DNA of 17,010 nucleotides. Origin: an uncultured bacterium (GTDB lineage Bacteria; Acidobacteriota; Thermoanaerobaculia; Multivoradales; JAHEKO01). The position numbers and the translations under genes are program-made. The stretch is taken from positions 1 through 17,010 of the forward strand of contig CALILB010000379.1 of the NCBI GenBank assembly GCA_938016625.1, written 5' to 3'. This document shows positions 1 to 7,556 of the stretch, one piece after another; the stretch's first letter is position 1; each line of letters opens with the position of its first letter. The notes under the pieces are model-generated. The model ran no database searches. It worked only from the letters and a program-made list of their open reading frames with translations, and was not told the origin of the DNA.

Positions 1-1017
1 TGGCTCATGTTCGGAGTCGATCCGGCGGTGGGTACCCTGCCGGTCGAGGTCTTCTGGCTCTTTCAGGCTGTTTTTGCCGGCACCGCGGCGACTATTGTCT
101 CCGGCGCCATGGCCGAGCGGATGCGCTTTGTCGCGTATCTGACTTACTCTTTCCTGCTCACCGCATTCATCTACCCGGTGGTGGGGCATTGGGTCTGGGG
201 TGGCGGCTGGCTGGCGCGTCTCGACTTTCACGACTTCGCCGGTTCGACCGTCGTCCACGCCGTGGGTGGCATCGCCGCTCTCGTGGGTGCTTGGATGCTC
301 GGGCCACGCATCGGCCGGTTCAAGGAGGACGGCACGCCACGTGTCATCAGCGGTCACAACCTGCCGCTGGTGATGATCGGGGTCTTCATCCTCTGGTTCG
401 GCTGGTACGGCTTCAACGCCGGTTCGACACTGGGAATGGGCGAGCCGGGCGTTGTCGCCAGGATCGCGATGAACACAACATTGGCGCCGGCGATGGGGGC
501 GATCGCGGCGATGTTGACCGCCTGGGTCAAGTATGGGAAGCCCGACCTCACCATAGCCCTCAATGGCGCGCTGGCAGGACTGGTGGGTATCACCGCGCCC
601 TGCGCCGTGGTCAGCCCCGGGGCCTCGATCTGGATCGGCTTCGTCGCCGGAGTGATCGTCGTCTACGGCATCGAGTGGTTGAACCGGATAAAGGTCGACG
701 ATGTTGTCGGTGCCTTCCCGGTGCACGGCCTGTGTGGAATCTGGGGAACCCTGGCAGTGGGTCTCTTCGGGCAAGCGATGCTGGGAGCACCCAACGACGG
801 TCTCTTCTACGGCGGTGGCGCCGGGCAGCTGGGGATCCAATCGCTCGGGGTCATCGCCTGTATGGGCTTTACCGCCATCGCCATGTGGGTCGTGTTCAAG
901 GCTATCGATGCCGTGATCGGGCTGCGGGTGTCGAAGGAGACCGAGCTACGGGGACTCGATCACGACGAACACGGGATGGAGTCTTACGGTGGCTTCGTGA
1001 TCTTCACCACCGAGTGA
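1..1017 (+). CDS. amt: Ammonium transporter (Amt/MEP/Rh family), 5'-truncated. The reading frame is open to base 1, so the N-terminal ~100 aa lie upstream of the window.
   Basis: The 336-aa translation is multi-pass hydrophobic. It carries Amt-typical motifs (GTAATIVSGAMAERMRF, HNLPLVMIGVFILWFGWYGFNAGS, LNGALAGLVGITAPC, AFPVHGLCGIWGTLAVG). The frame continues upstream of the first ATG with no stop. Confidence 0.9.
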   Translation, partial: WLMFGVDPAVGTLPVEVFWLFQAVFAGTAATIVSGAMAERMRFVAYLTYSFLLTAFIYPVVGHWVWGGGWLARLDFHDFAGSTVVHAVGGIAALVGAWMLGPRIGRFKEDGTPRVISGHNLPLVMIGVFILWFGWYGFNAGSTLGMGEPGVVARIAMNTTLAPAMGAIAAMLTAWVKYGKPDLTIALNGALAGLVGITAPCAVVSPGASIWIGFVAGVIVVYGIEWLNRIKVDDVVGAFPVHGLCGIWGTLAVGLFGQAMLGAPNDGLFYGGGAGQLGIQSLGVIACMGFTAIAMWVVFKAIDAVIGLRVSKETELRGLDHDEHGMESYGGFVIFTTE

Positions 1018-1035
1018 CCGGGGAGCGAATAAGCC

Positions 1036-1368
1036 ATGAAGCAAGTCGTTGTCTATCTTCGTCCCGAGCAGTTGCCGGCGGTCAAACAGGCGCTCTACGA
1101 GGCCGAGATCCGTCACCTGACGGCAATCTCGGTCCTCGGCACGGCGCCGAAAACGGAGCAGCAGATGTACAGAGGTGTCGAACGCGAGGTGGAGCTATTC
1201 CGCCGGATGCGGGTCGAAGTCAACGTCCAAGACGCCATGCTGGAGACCACCATCGACGCCATCAGCCGGGGTGCGATGGAGAGCGGTGGCTTTGGCAAGA
1301 TCTTCATCACCGAGCTCCACGACGTCGTCAAGATCTGGACGGGTGAGCGCGGAACCCGGGCGCTCTAG
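1036..1368 (+). CDS. P-II family nitrogen regulatory protein (GlnB/GlnK-like), atypical: the residue aligned with uridylylation site Tyr51 is Arg.
   Basis: The 110-aa protein aligns by eye to E. coli GlnB along its length: MKxxxxxxKPxxL..VKxAL start, T-loop MYRGVERE, B-loop GGFGKIFIT, and C-terminal VKIWTGERG matching IRIRTGE. It sits between amt and glnA, 18 bp after the amt stop. Confidence 0.85.
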   Translation: MKQVVVYLRPEQLPAVKQALYEAEIRHLTAISVLGTAPKTEQQMYRGVEREVELFRRMRVEVNVQDAMLETTIDAISRGAMESGGFGKIFITELHDVVKIWTGERGTRAL

Positions 1369-1380
1369 CGGGGCATATCG

Positions 1381-2817
1381 ATGGCTCGGAAATACCAGGT
1401 CACCGCTCTGGACGTGCTCAAGCAGATCAAAGAGCACGACATCAAGTTTCTAGACCTCAAGTTCGTCGATCTGTTCGGCACCCTCCAGCACCTGACGGTG
1501 CCCACCGAGGTCGTCGACGAGGATACCTTCCGGCACGGCGTCGGTTTCGACGGCTCTTCGGTCCGCGGCTTCCAAAAGATCAACGAGAGCGACATGCTGC
1601 TGATGCCGGATCCGAACTCGATGTTTCGCGATCCCTTTTTCGACGACCCGGCGCTCTCGGTCTTCTGCGACGTCATCGATCCCGACGGCTACAAACCCTA
1701 CTCGCGAGACCCGCGTGGTGTCGCGCGCCGCGCCGAAAAGCTCATCCGCTCGCTCGGGATCGCCGATACGGCCTACTTTGGTCCGGAGCTCGAGTTTTTT
1801 GTCTTCGATGACGTCAGCTTCGACCAGGCTACCCAGCACGGCTACTACTTCTTGAACAGCAAGGCCGCGTTCTGGAGCACCGGTGGCAAGGAAGGGCCGA
1901 GCCTGGGTCACCAGGCGGCGCGCAAGGAGGCCTACTTTGCCGCTCCGCCCGTGGATCAGTACAACAACCTGCGCTCGAAGATCTCGGACGTACTGACGCT
2001 GGCGGGCATTGAGCCCGAGCTCCACCACCACGAGGTCGGCGCCGCGGGGCAGTGTGAGATCGGCTTCCGCTTTGGCCCGCTGCTGCTGCAGGCCGACAGC
2101 GCCATCAAGTACAAGTACGTGGTCAAGAACGTCGTCGACCGCTACGGCAAGACGGTCACCTTTATGCCCAAGCCGCTGCTGCAGGAGAACGGCTCGGGGA
2201 TGCACGTCAATGTGAGCCTGTCGAAGGGCGACACGAACCTCTTCTATCGCTCCGGCGGTTACGCGGATCTGAGCGAGACGGCGATTCATTTCATCGGTGG
2301 TCTGCTCCACCATGCGCCGGCGCTGTGTGCCTTTTGCGCGCCGACCACCAACTCTTATCGACGGCTGGTGCCCGGTTACGAGGCGCCGATGAATCTCGTC
2401 TACTCACAACGAAACCGCAGTGCCTGTATCCGGGTACCGATGATGGCCAGCTCGCCAAAGGCCAAGCGCATCGAGTTCCGCACCCCCGACCCTTCGGCAA
2501 ACCCCTACCTGGCTTTTGCCTCGATTCTGCTGGCCGGTCTCGACGGAATCCGCAACGAGATCCAGCCACCGGATCCGATCGACGAGGACATCTACGAGCT
2601 GGCCGAGACCGAAAGAGGGGCGGCCATCGCGCGGACGCCGGGCTCGTTGGAGGAGTCCATTGACGCCCTGGAGAGAGATCACGAGTTTCTCGTCCGGGAC
2701 GATGTTTTTACCTCCGACGTGATCGAGAACTACATCGACTTCAAACGGGAGCACGAGATCGAGTTCGTGCAACTGAGGCCCCATCCGGGCGAGTTCACCC
2801 TCTATTTCAATGTCTAG
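1381..2817 (+). CDS. glnA: Glutamine synthetase type I (GSI). A Tyr in a DIYEL motif aligns with the E. coli adenylylation loop NLYDLP.
   Basis: Full 478-aa GS sequence. The N-terminal beta-grasp region is MARKYQVTALDVLKQIKEHDIKFLDLKFVDLFG. The catalytic region contains GSGMHVN and NPYLAFA, and the C-terminal ...HPGEFTLYFNV closely matches E. coli ...HPVEFELYYSV. It starts 12 bp after the P-II stop. Confidence 0.95.
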   Translation: MARKYQVTALDVLKQIKEHDIKFLDLKFVDLFGTLQHLTVPTEVVDEDTFRHGVGFDGSSVRGFQKINESDMLLMPDPNSMFRDPFFDDPALSVFCDVIDPDGYKPYSRDPRGVARRAEKLIRSLGIADTAYFGPELEFFVFDDVSFDQATQHGYYFLNSKAAFWSTGGKEGPSLGHQAARKEAYFAAPPVDQYNNLRSKISDVLTLAGIEPELHHHEVGAAGQCEIGFRFGPLLLQADSAIKYKYVVKNVVDRYGKTVTFMPKPLLQENGSGMHVNVSLSKGDTNLFYRSGGYADLSETAIHFIGGLLHHAPALCAFCAPTTNSYRRLVPGYEAPMNLVYSQRNRSACIRVPMMASSPKAKRIEFRTPDPSANPYLAFASILLAGLDGIRNEIQPPDPIDEDIYELAETERGAAIARTPGSLEESIDALERDHEFLVRDDVFTSDVIENYIDFKREHEIEFVQLRPHPGEFTLYFNV

Positions 2818-2851
2818 GTGAAACGATTCGAGGCCAAAAAGGACGGTAGTC

Positions 2852-4144
2852 ATGGATCAAGCGCAGATGATAGGAATAGCACTCGGACTGGGAGGCGCAG
2901 CCCTGTTGCTCCTGCTGGCCTTCATCAAGACCCACATCGTCATCAGCCAGCCAAACGAGGTGGTCATTCTCTCGGGCCGCCAGCGCCGCCTACCGGACGG
3001 CCGCAAGGTCGGCTACAGAATCATCCGCGGTGGCCGCGGTTTCCGCTGGCCGTTCTTGGAGTCGGTCACACGCCTGCCGGTCACCACTCGGGCGATCGAT
3101 GTTCATCTATCGAAGGCCCTCAGCGCCGGCATGATCCCAATCACCGTCGAGGGGCGAGCCAACGTCAAGCTCGCCGGTAGCGAGGAGGAGGGGTTGGAGA
3201 GCGCTGTGGAGCGATTCCTGGGCAAGGGCGACGATGCCGTGGACAGAACCGCCCAGCAGGTCCTGGAGGGTGCGTTGCGCGGTGTCGTGGCGACGGTGAG
3301 TCCCGAAGAGGCCAATGCCCAGCGGCTCCAGCTCGCCCAGCAGGCCGCCGATCACGCTCGCGAGGATCTCAGCCGGCTCGGTATCGTGCTCGATTTCTTT
3401 CAGATCCAGAGCATCTCGGATGACCAGGGTTATCTCGAGTCCATCGGCCGCAAACGGAACGCGCAAGTCCAGCGAGACGCCAAAATCGCCGAGGCCAGGG
3501 CGGACGCCGAATCGCGCCAGGTGTCGGCGGAGCAGAAACTCGTCGGCCGCGAGGCCGAGATCGAGGCTGAAAAGGTCATCGTCAAACACGAGAACGAGCT
3601 CGCCGTGGAGAAGGCGGATCTCCAGGCCGAGACGAATCGCTCCCAGCAGAGAGCCGAGGTGGCGGGCAAGGTCGCACGTGTCGAGGAGGAGATCGACCTC
3701 GAGACCAAACGAGTCGAGCTGAGCACCAAACGCCACGAGGCCGACACCGTGATACCCGCGCGTGCCCACCGGGAAGCGCAAGAGCTCGAAGCGCAGGGCA
3801 AAGCGGCCAGAATCCTTGAAGACGGCAAGGCCACCGCCCAGGCCGTGGAGCTGATGCGCGAGCAATGGCAGGATGGCGACACCCATGACCTCTTTCTGAT
3901 CCAGATGCTGCCCGAGTTGCTCGACAAGGTCACCCGGGTGGTGGCCGACAACTTGCGGGTCGAAAAGCTCACCATCCTCGACGGAGGCAACGGCGAGGGC
4001 CTTCCCACTTATGTCAAGAACATCGCCAACAGCGCCGTGGTCATGCTCGAGCAGGTGAAAAACGCCACCGGTATCGATATGGAGAAACTGGCGAAGGGCG
4101 GGAGCCAGGAAAAGGACGCAAAGATCCCTAAGGACCTCGGTTGA
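2852..4144 (+). CDS. Flotillin-like SPFH/Band-7 membrane scaffold protein, with an N-terminal TM/hairpin and a long E/A/K/Q-rich coiled coil.
   Basis: N-terminal hydrophobic segment IGIALGLGGAALLLLLAFI. The SPFH core is VVILSGRQRR...IIRGGRGFRWPFLESV...IDVHLSKALSAGMIPITVEGRANVKL. An extended charged heptad-like region follows (AEARADAESRQVSAEQKLVGREAEIEAEKVIVKHENELAVEKADLQAE...), typical of FloT/YqiK-type flotillins. Confidence 0.85.
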   Translation: MDQAQMIGIALGLGGAALLLLLAFIKTHIVISQPNEVVILSGRQRRLPDGRKVGYRIIRGGRGFRWPFLESVTRLPVTTRAIDVHLSKALSAGMIPITVEGRANVKLAGSEEEGLESAVERFLGKGDDAVDRTAQQVLEGALRGVVATVSPEEANAQRLQLAQQAADHAREDLSRLGIVLDFFQIQSISDDQGYLESIGRKRNAQVQRDAKIAEARADAESRQVSAEQKLVGREAEIEAEKVIVKHENELAVEKADLQAETNRSQQRAEVAGKVARVEEEIDLETKRVELSTKRHEADTVIPARAHREAQELEAQGKAARILEDGKATAQAVELMREQWQDGDTHDLFLIQMLPELLDKVTRVVADNLRVEKLTILDGGNGEGLPTYVKNIANSAVVMLEQVKNATGIDMEKLAKGGSQEKDAKIPKDLG

Positions 4145-4261
4145 GGCGCGAGCCCGAGCCACCTTCTGGCCTTCTCATCGGCCGCGAGGCGAGAACCCCA
4201 CTCGATTCCGCAGGCGGGATAAGATTCGAGTCTCTCGGGCGTGAGGAGGGCCTTGTCGAGC

Positions 4262-4281
4262 CGAGGCTTTTATATGCCTCG
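4262..4281 (+). promoter_or_regulatory. Small hairpin (6-bp stem CGAGGC/GCCTCG, 8-nt loop TTTTATAT). It sits in the 166-bp intergenic region upstream of the stressosome-module operon. The AT-rich loop is the only TATA-like element in this GC-rich gap, so it is a candidate -10 or operator element.
   Basis: The inverted repeat is read directly at 4262-4267 and 4276-4281. The only substantial non-coding gap on the plus strand in this window is 4145-4310, between the flotillin stop and the 4311 ATG. Confidence 0.3.
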
Positions 4282-4310
4282 CCGGCAGGATTAGTCCGAG
4301 GTGATCTCAG

Positions 4311-6206
4311 ATGACGATACGAGCAAAGATCCTGATCATCCTCTCCACGGTAGCCATCGTGTCGGCGGGAATAAGCTCGCTTCTCGGCTACCGAACCGCC
4401 CGCAAGGCTCTGGAGAGACAGTCCTTCGACAAGCTCACCGCGGTGCGGGAGATGAAGGCCAGCCAGGTGGAGGACTACTTCCAGCAGATCGTCGACCAGA
4501 TCGTGACCTTCTCCAGAGATCGGATGACAGTAGACGCCATGAGGGCGTTCAGTGCAGAGTTCTCGAACCTCGAGAGCCAGGTGGGATGGGACGAGCAGGC
4601 AACCGAAGAGGCAGAGCTCGAGCTTCGCTTGTACTACCAAGAGGAGTTCTTGCCTCGACTCGAGCAGAACCTCGAAAGTCCAGCCACCCTTTCCAGCTTT
4701 TGGCCGAATGACCGCGAGAGCCGGATACTCCAATATCAGTTCATCGCCGCCAATCCGTTCGACACCGGCTCTAAATCCAGTCTCGAGGAGCCCGCGGAAA
4801 AGAGCGCCTACAGTCGCGCTCATAAGCTGTATCATCCGATCTTTCGGGACTACCTCGAGAGATTCGGCTTCTACGACATCTTTCTGGTCGACCTAGAAAC
4901 CGGGCACATCGTCTACTCGGTATTCAAGGAGGTGGACTTCGGGACATCGTTGTTAAGCGGTCCTTACCGGGAGACGAATCTTGCTCGGGCGTTTCAGGCT
5001 GCCCGCCAGGCCGCCGCGCAGGATTTTGTGCTGTTGGTCGACTTCGAGCCCTATCACCCCTCCTACGGCGGTCAGGCTTCGTTCATTGCCTCGCCGATCT
5101 ACGACGGCCCCGAGAAGGTCGGAGTCCTGGTCTTCCAGATGCCCGTCGATCGGATCAACGACATCATGACCAGCAAGCACGAGTGGTCACGGGTGGGTCT
5201 GGGCGAGAGCGGAGAGACCTATATTGTCGGCTCGGACTACAAGATCCGAAATCAGTCGCGCTTTCTGATCGAGGACAAGGAAAACTACCTAAAGTTGATC
5301 GCGAGCATCGGTACTCCGGACTCGATCATAAAGGCCATCGCCAACCTCGATAGCTCCATCGGTCTTCAGGAGGTGCAGACCGAAGGCACTCGGGCTGCAC
5401 TAGGTGGGGAAACCGGTACGAAGATCTTTCCCGATTATCGTGGTGTCCCCGTACTCTCATCGTTCATGCCGCTCGACATTAGGGATGTCGATTGGGTGAT
5501 CATGAGCGAGATCGACGAGGCCGAAGCGTTCGAGCCTGCCAGGACACTGAGGAACCGGGTTTTGATCTGGCTGGCGGTTCTGATCGGCGCGAGTGTCGTC
5601 GCTGCCATGGTCTTCTCCAAGGGTCTGACCCGGCGACTCGAGGCGCTTTCTGAGACAGCAGCCCAACTTGCCGACGGCTTCCTCTATGTGGAGGTCGACA
5701 CCAGCGGCCGAGACGAGATAGCCGATCTCTCCAAGAGCTTCGAGACCATGCGGCAGTCTCTTGTCGAGCTGGTGGAGAAGCAGGAGGCCGAGATCGACGC
5801 TCTGTCGACACCGCTGATCCCGCTACTGGACGACGTCGTGGCCATGCCTCTCGTCGGCGAGCTCGATTCCAAGCGGATCGAGAAGGCCAGGCAGACTCTC
5901 GTCGAAGGTCTGCATGCCAGGGGGGCGAAGGCGGCGCTTCTCGATTTGACCGGTGTTCCTAGCCTCGACACCGGGAGCGCCGAAGCGCTTCTGGGAGCTG
6001 CCAAGGCGGCCCAGCTCTTGGGAGCGAAGGTCGTCATCACCGGTATGCGATCGGAGGTCGCTGCCAGCGTTGCAGATCTCGGCCTCCACCTCGACGGAGT
6101 CGCCACCGAGCGCTCGCTACAGAGCGGTATCTCTTTCATTATGAACGAGATAGGCGCTGCCAAGATGAAAAACCACTTGCAAGCTGGTGAGGAGGAAGAC
6201 GAATGA
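4311..6206 (+). CDS. Membrane-anchored RsbR-type stressosome protein. Domain order: TM1, periplasmic double-Cache (dCache_1-like) sensor, TM2, HAMP, coiled coil, C-terminal RsbR-type STAS domain.
   Basis: TM1 is ILIILSTVAIVSAGISSLLGY. The ~370-aa extracytoplasmic region ends in the Cache hallmark DYRGVPVLSSFMPLDIRDVDWVIMSEIDEAEAF. TM2 is VLIWLAVLIGASVVAAMVFS. The HAMP-like segment is KGLTRRLEALSETAAQLADG...DEIADLSKSFETMRQSL. The C-terminus aligns with B. subtilis RsbR STAS: LSTPLIPLLDDVVAMPLVGELDSKR...ALLDLTGVPSLDTGSAEALL...GAKVVITGMRSEVAASVADLG. The RBS GAGGTGA lies 6 nt before the ATG. Confidence 0.85.
   Translation: MTIRAKILIILSTVAIVSAGISSLLGYRTARKALERQSFDKLTAVREMKASQVEDYFQQIVDQIVTFSRDRMTVDAMRAFSAEFSNLESQVGWDEQATEEAELELRLYYQEEFLPRLEQNLESPATLSSFWPNDRESRILQYQFIAANPFDTGSKSSLEEPAEKSAYSRAHKLYHPIFRDYLERFGFYDIFLVDLETGHIVYSVFKEVDFGTSLLSGPYRETNLARAFQAARQAAAQDFVLLVDFEPYHPSYGGQASFIASPIYDGPEKVGVLVFQMPVDRINDIMTSKHEWSRVGLGESGETYIVGSDYKIRNQSRFLIEDKENYLKLIASIGTPDSIIKAIANLDSSIGLQEVQTEGTRAALGGETGTKIFPDYRGVPVLSSFMPLDIRDVDWVIMSEIDEAEAFEPARTLRNRVLIWLAVLIGASVVAAMVFSKGLTRRLEALSETAAQLADGFLYVEVDTSGRDEIADLSKSFETMRQSLVELVEKQEAEIDALSTPLIPLLDDVVAMPLVGELDSKRIEKARQTLVEGLHARGAKAALLDLTGVPSLDTGSAEALLGAAKAAQLLGAKVVITGMRSEVAASVADLGLHLDGVATERSLQSGISFIMNEIGAAKMKNHLQAGEEEDE
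6189..6198 (+). promoter_or_regulatory. Shine-Dalgarno GAGGAGGAAG, 7 nt upstream of the 6203 ATG. It lies inside the 3' end of the upstream gene, so the two genes are translationally coupled through an ATGA stop/start overlap.
   Basis: Read directly: tGAGGAGGAAGacgaATGA. Confidence 0.6.
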
Positions 6207-7111
6207 ACAGAACCTCAGGATCGGCCGGGGAGGGCGGAAACATGGCTGCTCTCCTCGAGCTCTACCGAATCTCCGAGGACGATCTGGACCGCGTAAGGGA
6301 ATTCGCCAAGATGGCCGGATCGGGATTGGAGGGTTTGATTGGCCAATGGTACGAGTGGCTCCAGAACTTGCCGGAGTACGACCACTTCTTTTCCGAGCCC
6401 GAGACTCTGGAACGCGTCAAACGTCTTCAGCAGGACTACTGGGCAACGTTTCTAGCGGCGCAAATGGACGATTCCTACCTCGAGACTCGGAGGCAGGTGG
6501 GGGAGACACACGCTCGGATCGGACTTTCGCTGAACACTTACTTTGCCGGGATGGACATGATGCTCGAGCTCTTCACTAGAGCCGTTCACAAGGCTGATTT
6601 GAAGGACGGGGCAAAGTTGAACATGCAGGAGTCGGTTACCAAGATGCTCCATCTCGACACCTCCATCGTTGTCGATACCTACAACCACATGGTCGAGGAG
6701 ACGCTGACGGCCCAGGCAAAGTCGCTGATGGAGATGTCCACTCCGGTGACCCAGATCTGGAGCGGGATTCTCTTGCTGCCGATCGTTGGGATCATCGACT
6801 CGAAGCGCGCCCGCGACATCATGAATGCCACGCTGGCCAAGATCGGAGAGACCCAGGCACGGATATTCATTCTGGACATCAGTGGCGTGGGAGTGGTGGA
6901 TACGGCGGTGGCCAATCACCTGATCAAGATCACTCGGGCTACCCGATTGATGGGTTGTGACTGCACTATCTCCGGGGTGTCACCATCGATTGCGCAGACC
7001 ATTGTCGATCTCGGTATAGACGTTGGCAGGATCAAGACCACATCGACGATGAAAGACGCTCTGGCCGACGCCTTCCAACGTGTCGGTATGGAGATCACCC
7101 AGGCGAGCTGA
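6203..7111 (+). CDS. rsbR: RsbR-type stressosome protein with an N-terminal globin-coupled-sensor-like domain (candidate heme-binding proximal His103 in VGETHARIGL) and a C-terminal STAS domain.
   Basis: The C-terminal half is a near-canonical RsbR STAS: MSTPVTQIWSGILLLPIVGIIDSKRARDIM...IFILDISGVGVVDTAVANHLIKITRATRLMGCDCTISGVSPSIAQTIVDLGIDVG. The N-terminal ~140 aa is a helical globin-like domain with an H-x-R-I-G-L...Y pattern reminiscent of globin-coupled sensors. The ATG overlaps the upstream stop (ATGA). An alternative start is ATG 6242. Confidence 0.85.
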   Translation: MNRTSGSAGEGGNMAALLELYRISEDDLDRVREFAKMAGSGLEGLIGQWYEWLQNLPEYDHFFSEPETLERVKRLQQDYWATFLAAQMDDSYLETRRQVGETHARIGLSLNTYFAGMDMMLELFTRAVHKADLKDGAKLNMQESVTKMLHLDTSIVVDTYNHMVEETLTAQAKSLMEMSTPVTQIWSGILLLPIVGIIDSKRARDIMNATLAKIGETQARIFILDISGVGVVDTAVANHLIKITRATRLMGCDCTISGVSPSIAQTIVDLGIDVGRIKTTSTMKDALADAFQRVGMEITQAS

Positions 7112-7115
7112 GAAG

Positions 7116-7556
7116 ATGGCCGGCGGCAGTGGCTCGAGGATCCCCCTTCAGGTGTCGCGGCAGTGCGTCGTGGCCTCGATCCAGCTCGATCTGACCGCGG
7201 AGGTACTCCGACAGTTCCGCGCCGACCTGCTCGGGCTGCTGCACGACTCCGGATGCAGCGGCGTCATACTCGACGTCTCGGGTGTCCAGATCATGGATTT
7301 TGAAGACTTCGAGGCGTTGCGACGGACCATGGCCATGGCGGCCCTCATGGGGGCCCAGACGATCGTCTCCGGTCTCAGGGCGGGTGTCGTCTCGTCGTTG
7401 GTCGAGCTGGGTGCCGACACCGAGGATATTGTCGCCACGCTCGATCTGGACGATGCCTTTCGCGTCATGGATGAGCTGCGCTCGGCGGCTCGCGATGAGC
7501 TCGAGGAGGAGGACAACCGTGAGCAGTCGGTCGGTCCGCTTGCAGATCCGGTCTGA
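7116..7556 (+). CDS. rsbS: RsbS-type single-domain STAS protein (stressosome core). The residue aligned to the phosphorylatable Ser59 appears to be Phe in an acidic DFEDFE context.
   Basis: The 146-aa protein aligns with B. subtilis RsbS: RIPLQVSRQCVVASIQLDLTAEVLRQFRADLL...GVILDVSGVQIMDFEDFEAL...MGAQTIVSGLRAGVVSSLVELG. The six-frame ORF begins at 7080 but overlaps the upstream gene, so ATG 7116 (MAGGSG...) is preferred. Confidence 0.8.
   Translation: MAGGSGSRIPLQVSRQCVVASIQLDLTAEVLRQFRADLLGLLHDSGCSGVILDVSGVQIMDFEDFEALRRTMAMAALMGAQTIVSGLRAGVVSSLVELGADTEDIVATLDLDDAFRVMDELRSAARDELEEEDNREQSVGPLADPV
7503..7513 (+). promoter_or_regulatory. Shine-Dalgarno GAGGAGGAGGA, 5 nt upstream of the GTG 7519 start of the RsbT-RsbX fusion gene. 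It is embedded in the 3' end of rsbS.
   Basis: Read directly: tcGAGGAGGAGGAcaaccGTGagc. The GTG is in frame with the RsbT-like sequence. Confidence 0.5.

Noticed and set aside
189-1346. 385-aa plus-strand ORF in an alternative frame. It overlaps the amt gene and is extremely Arg/Gly-rich.
   Set aside because: It is a low-complexity arginine-rich translation typical of off-frame reading of high-GC coding DNA. The overlapping frame encodes an unmistakable Amt transporter.
1450-2313. 287-aa minus-strand ORF antisense to glnA. Similar long antisense ORFs lie at 3107-4162, 9072-10049, 12660-13544 and 13677-14792.
   Set aside because: They are shadow ORFs expected in GC-rich sequence, where stop codons are rare on the antisense strand. 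None shows recognisable protein motifs, whereas the sense-strand products are well-conserved families.
7080-7115. Upstream extension of the rsbS ORF (MSVWRSPRRAEK...) given by the six-frame track.
   Set aside because: It overlaps the last 32 nt of the globin-rsbR gene and adds a non-conserved, Arg-rich N-terminus. The ATG at 7116 gives an N-terminus that aligns with B. subtilis RsbS.
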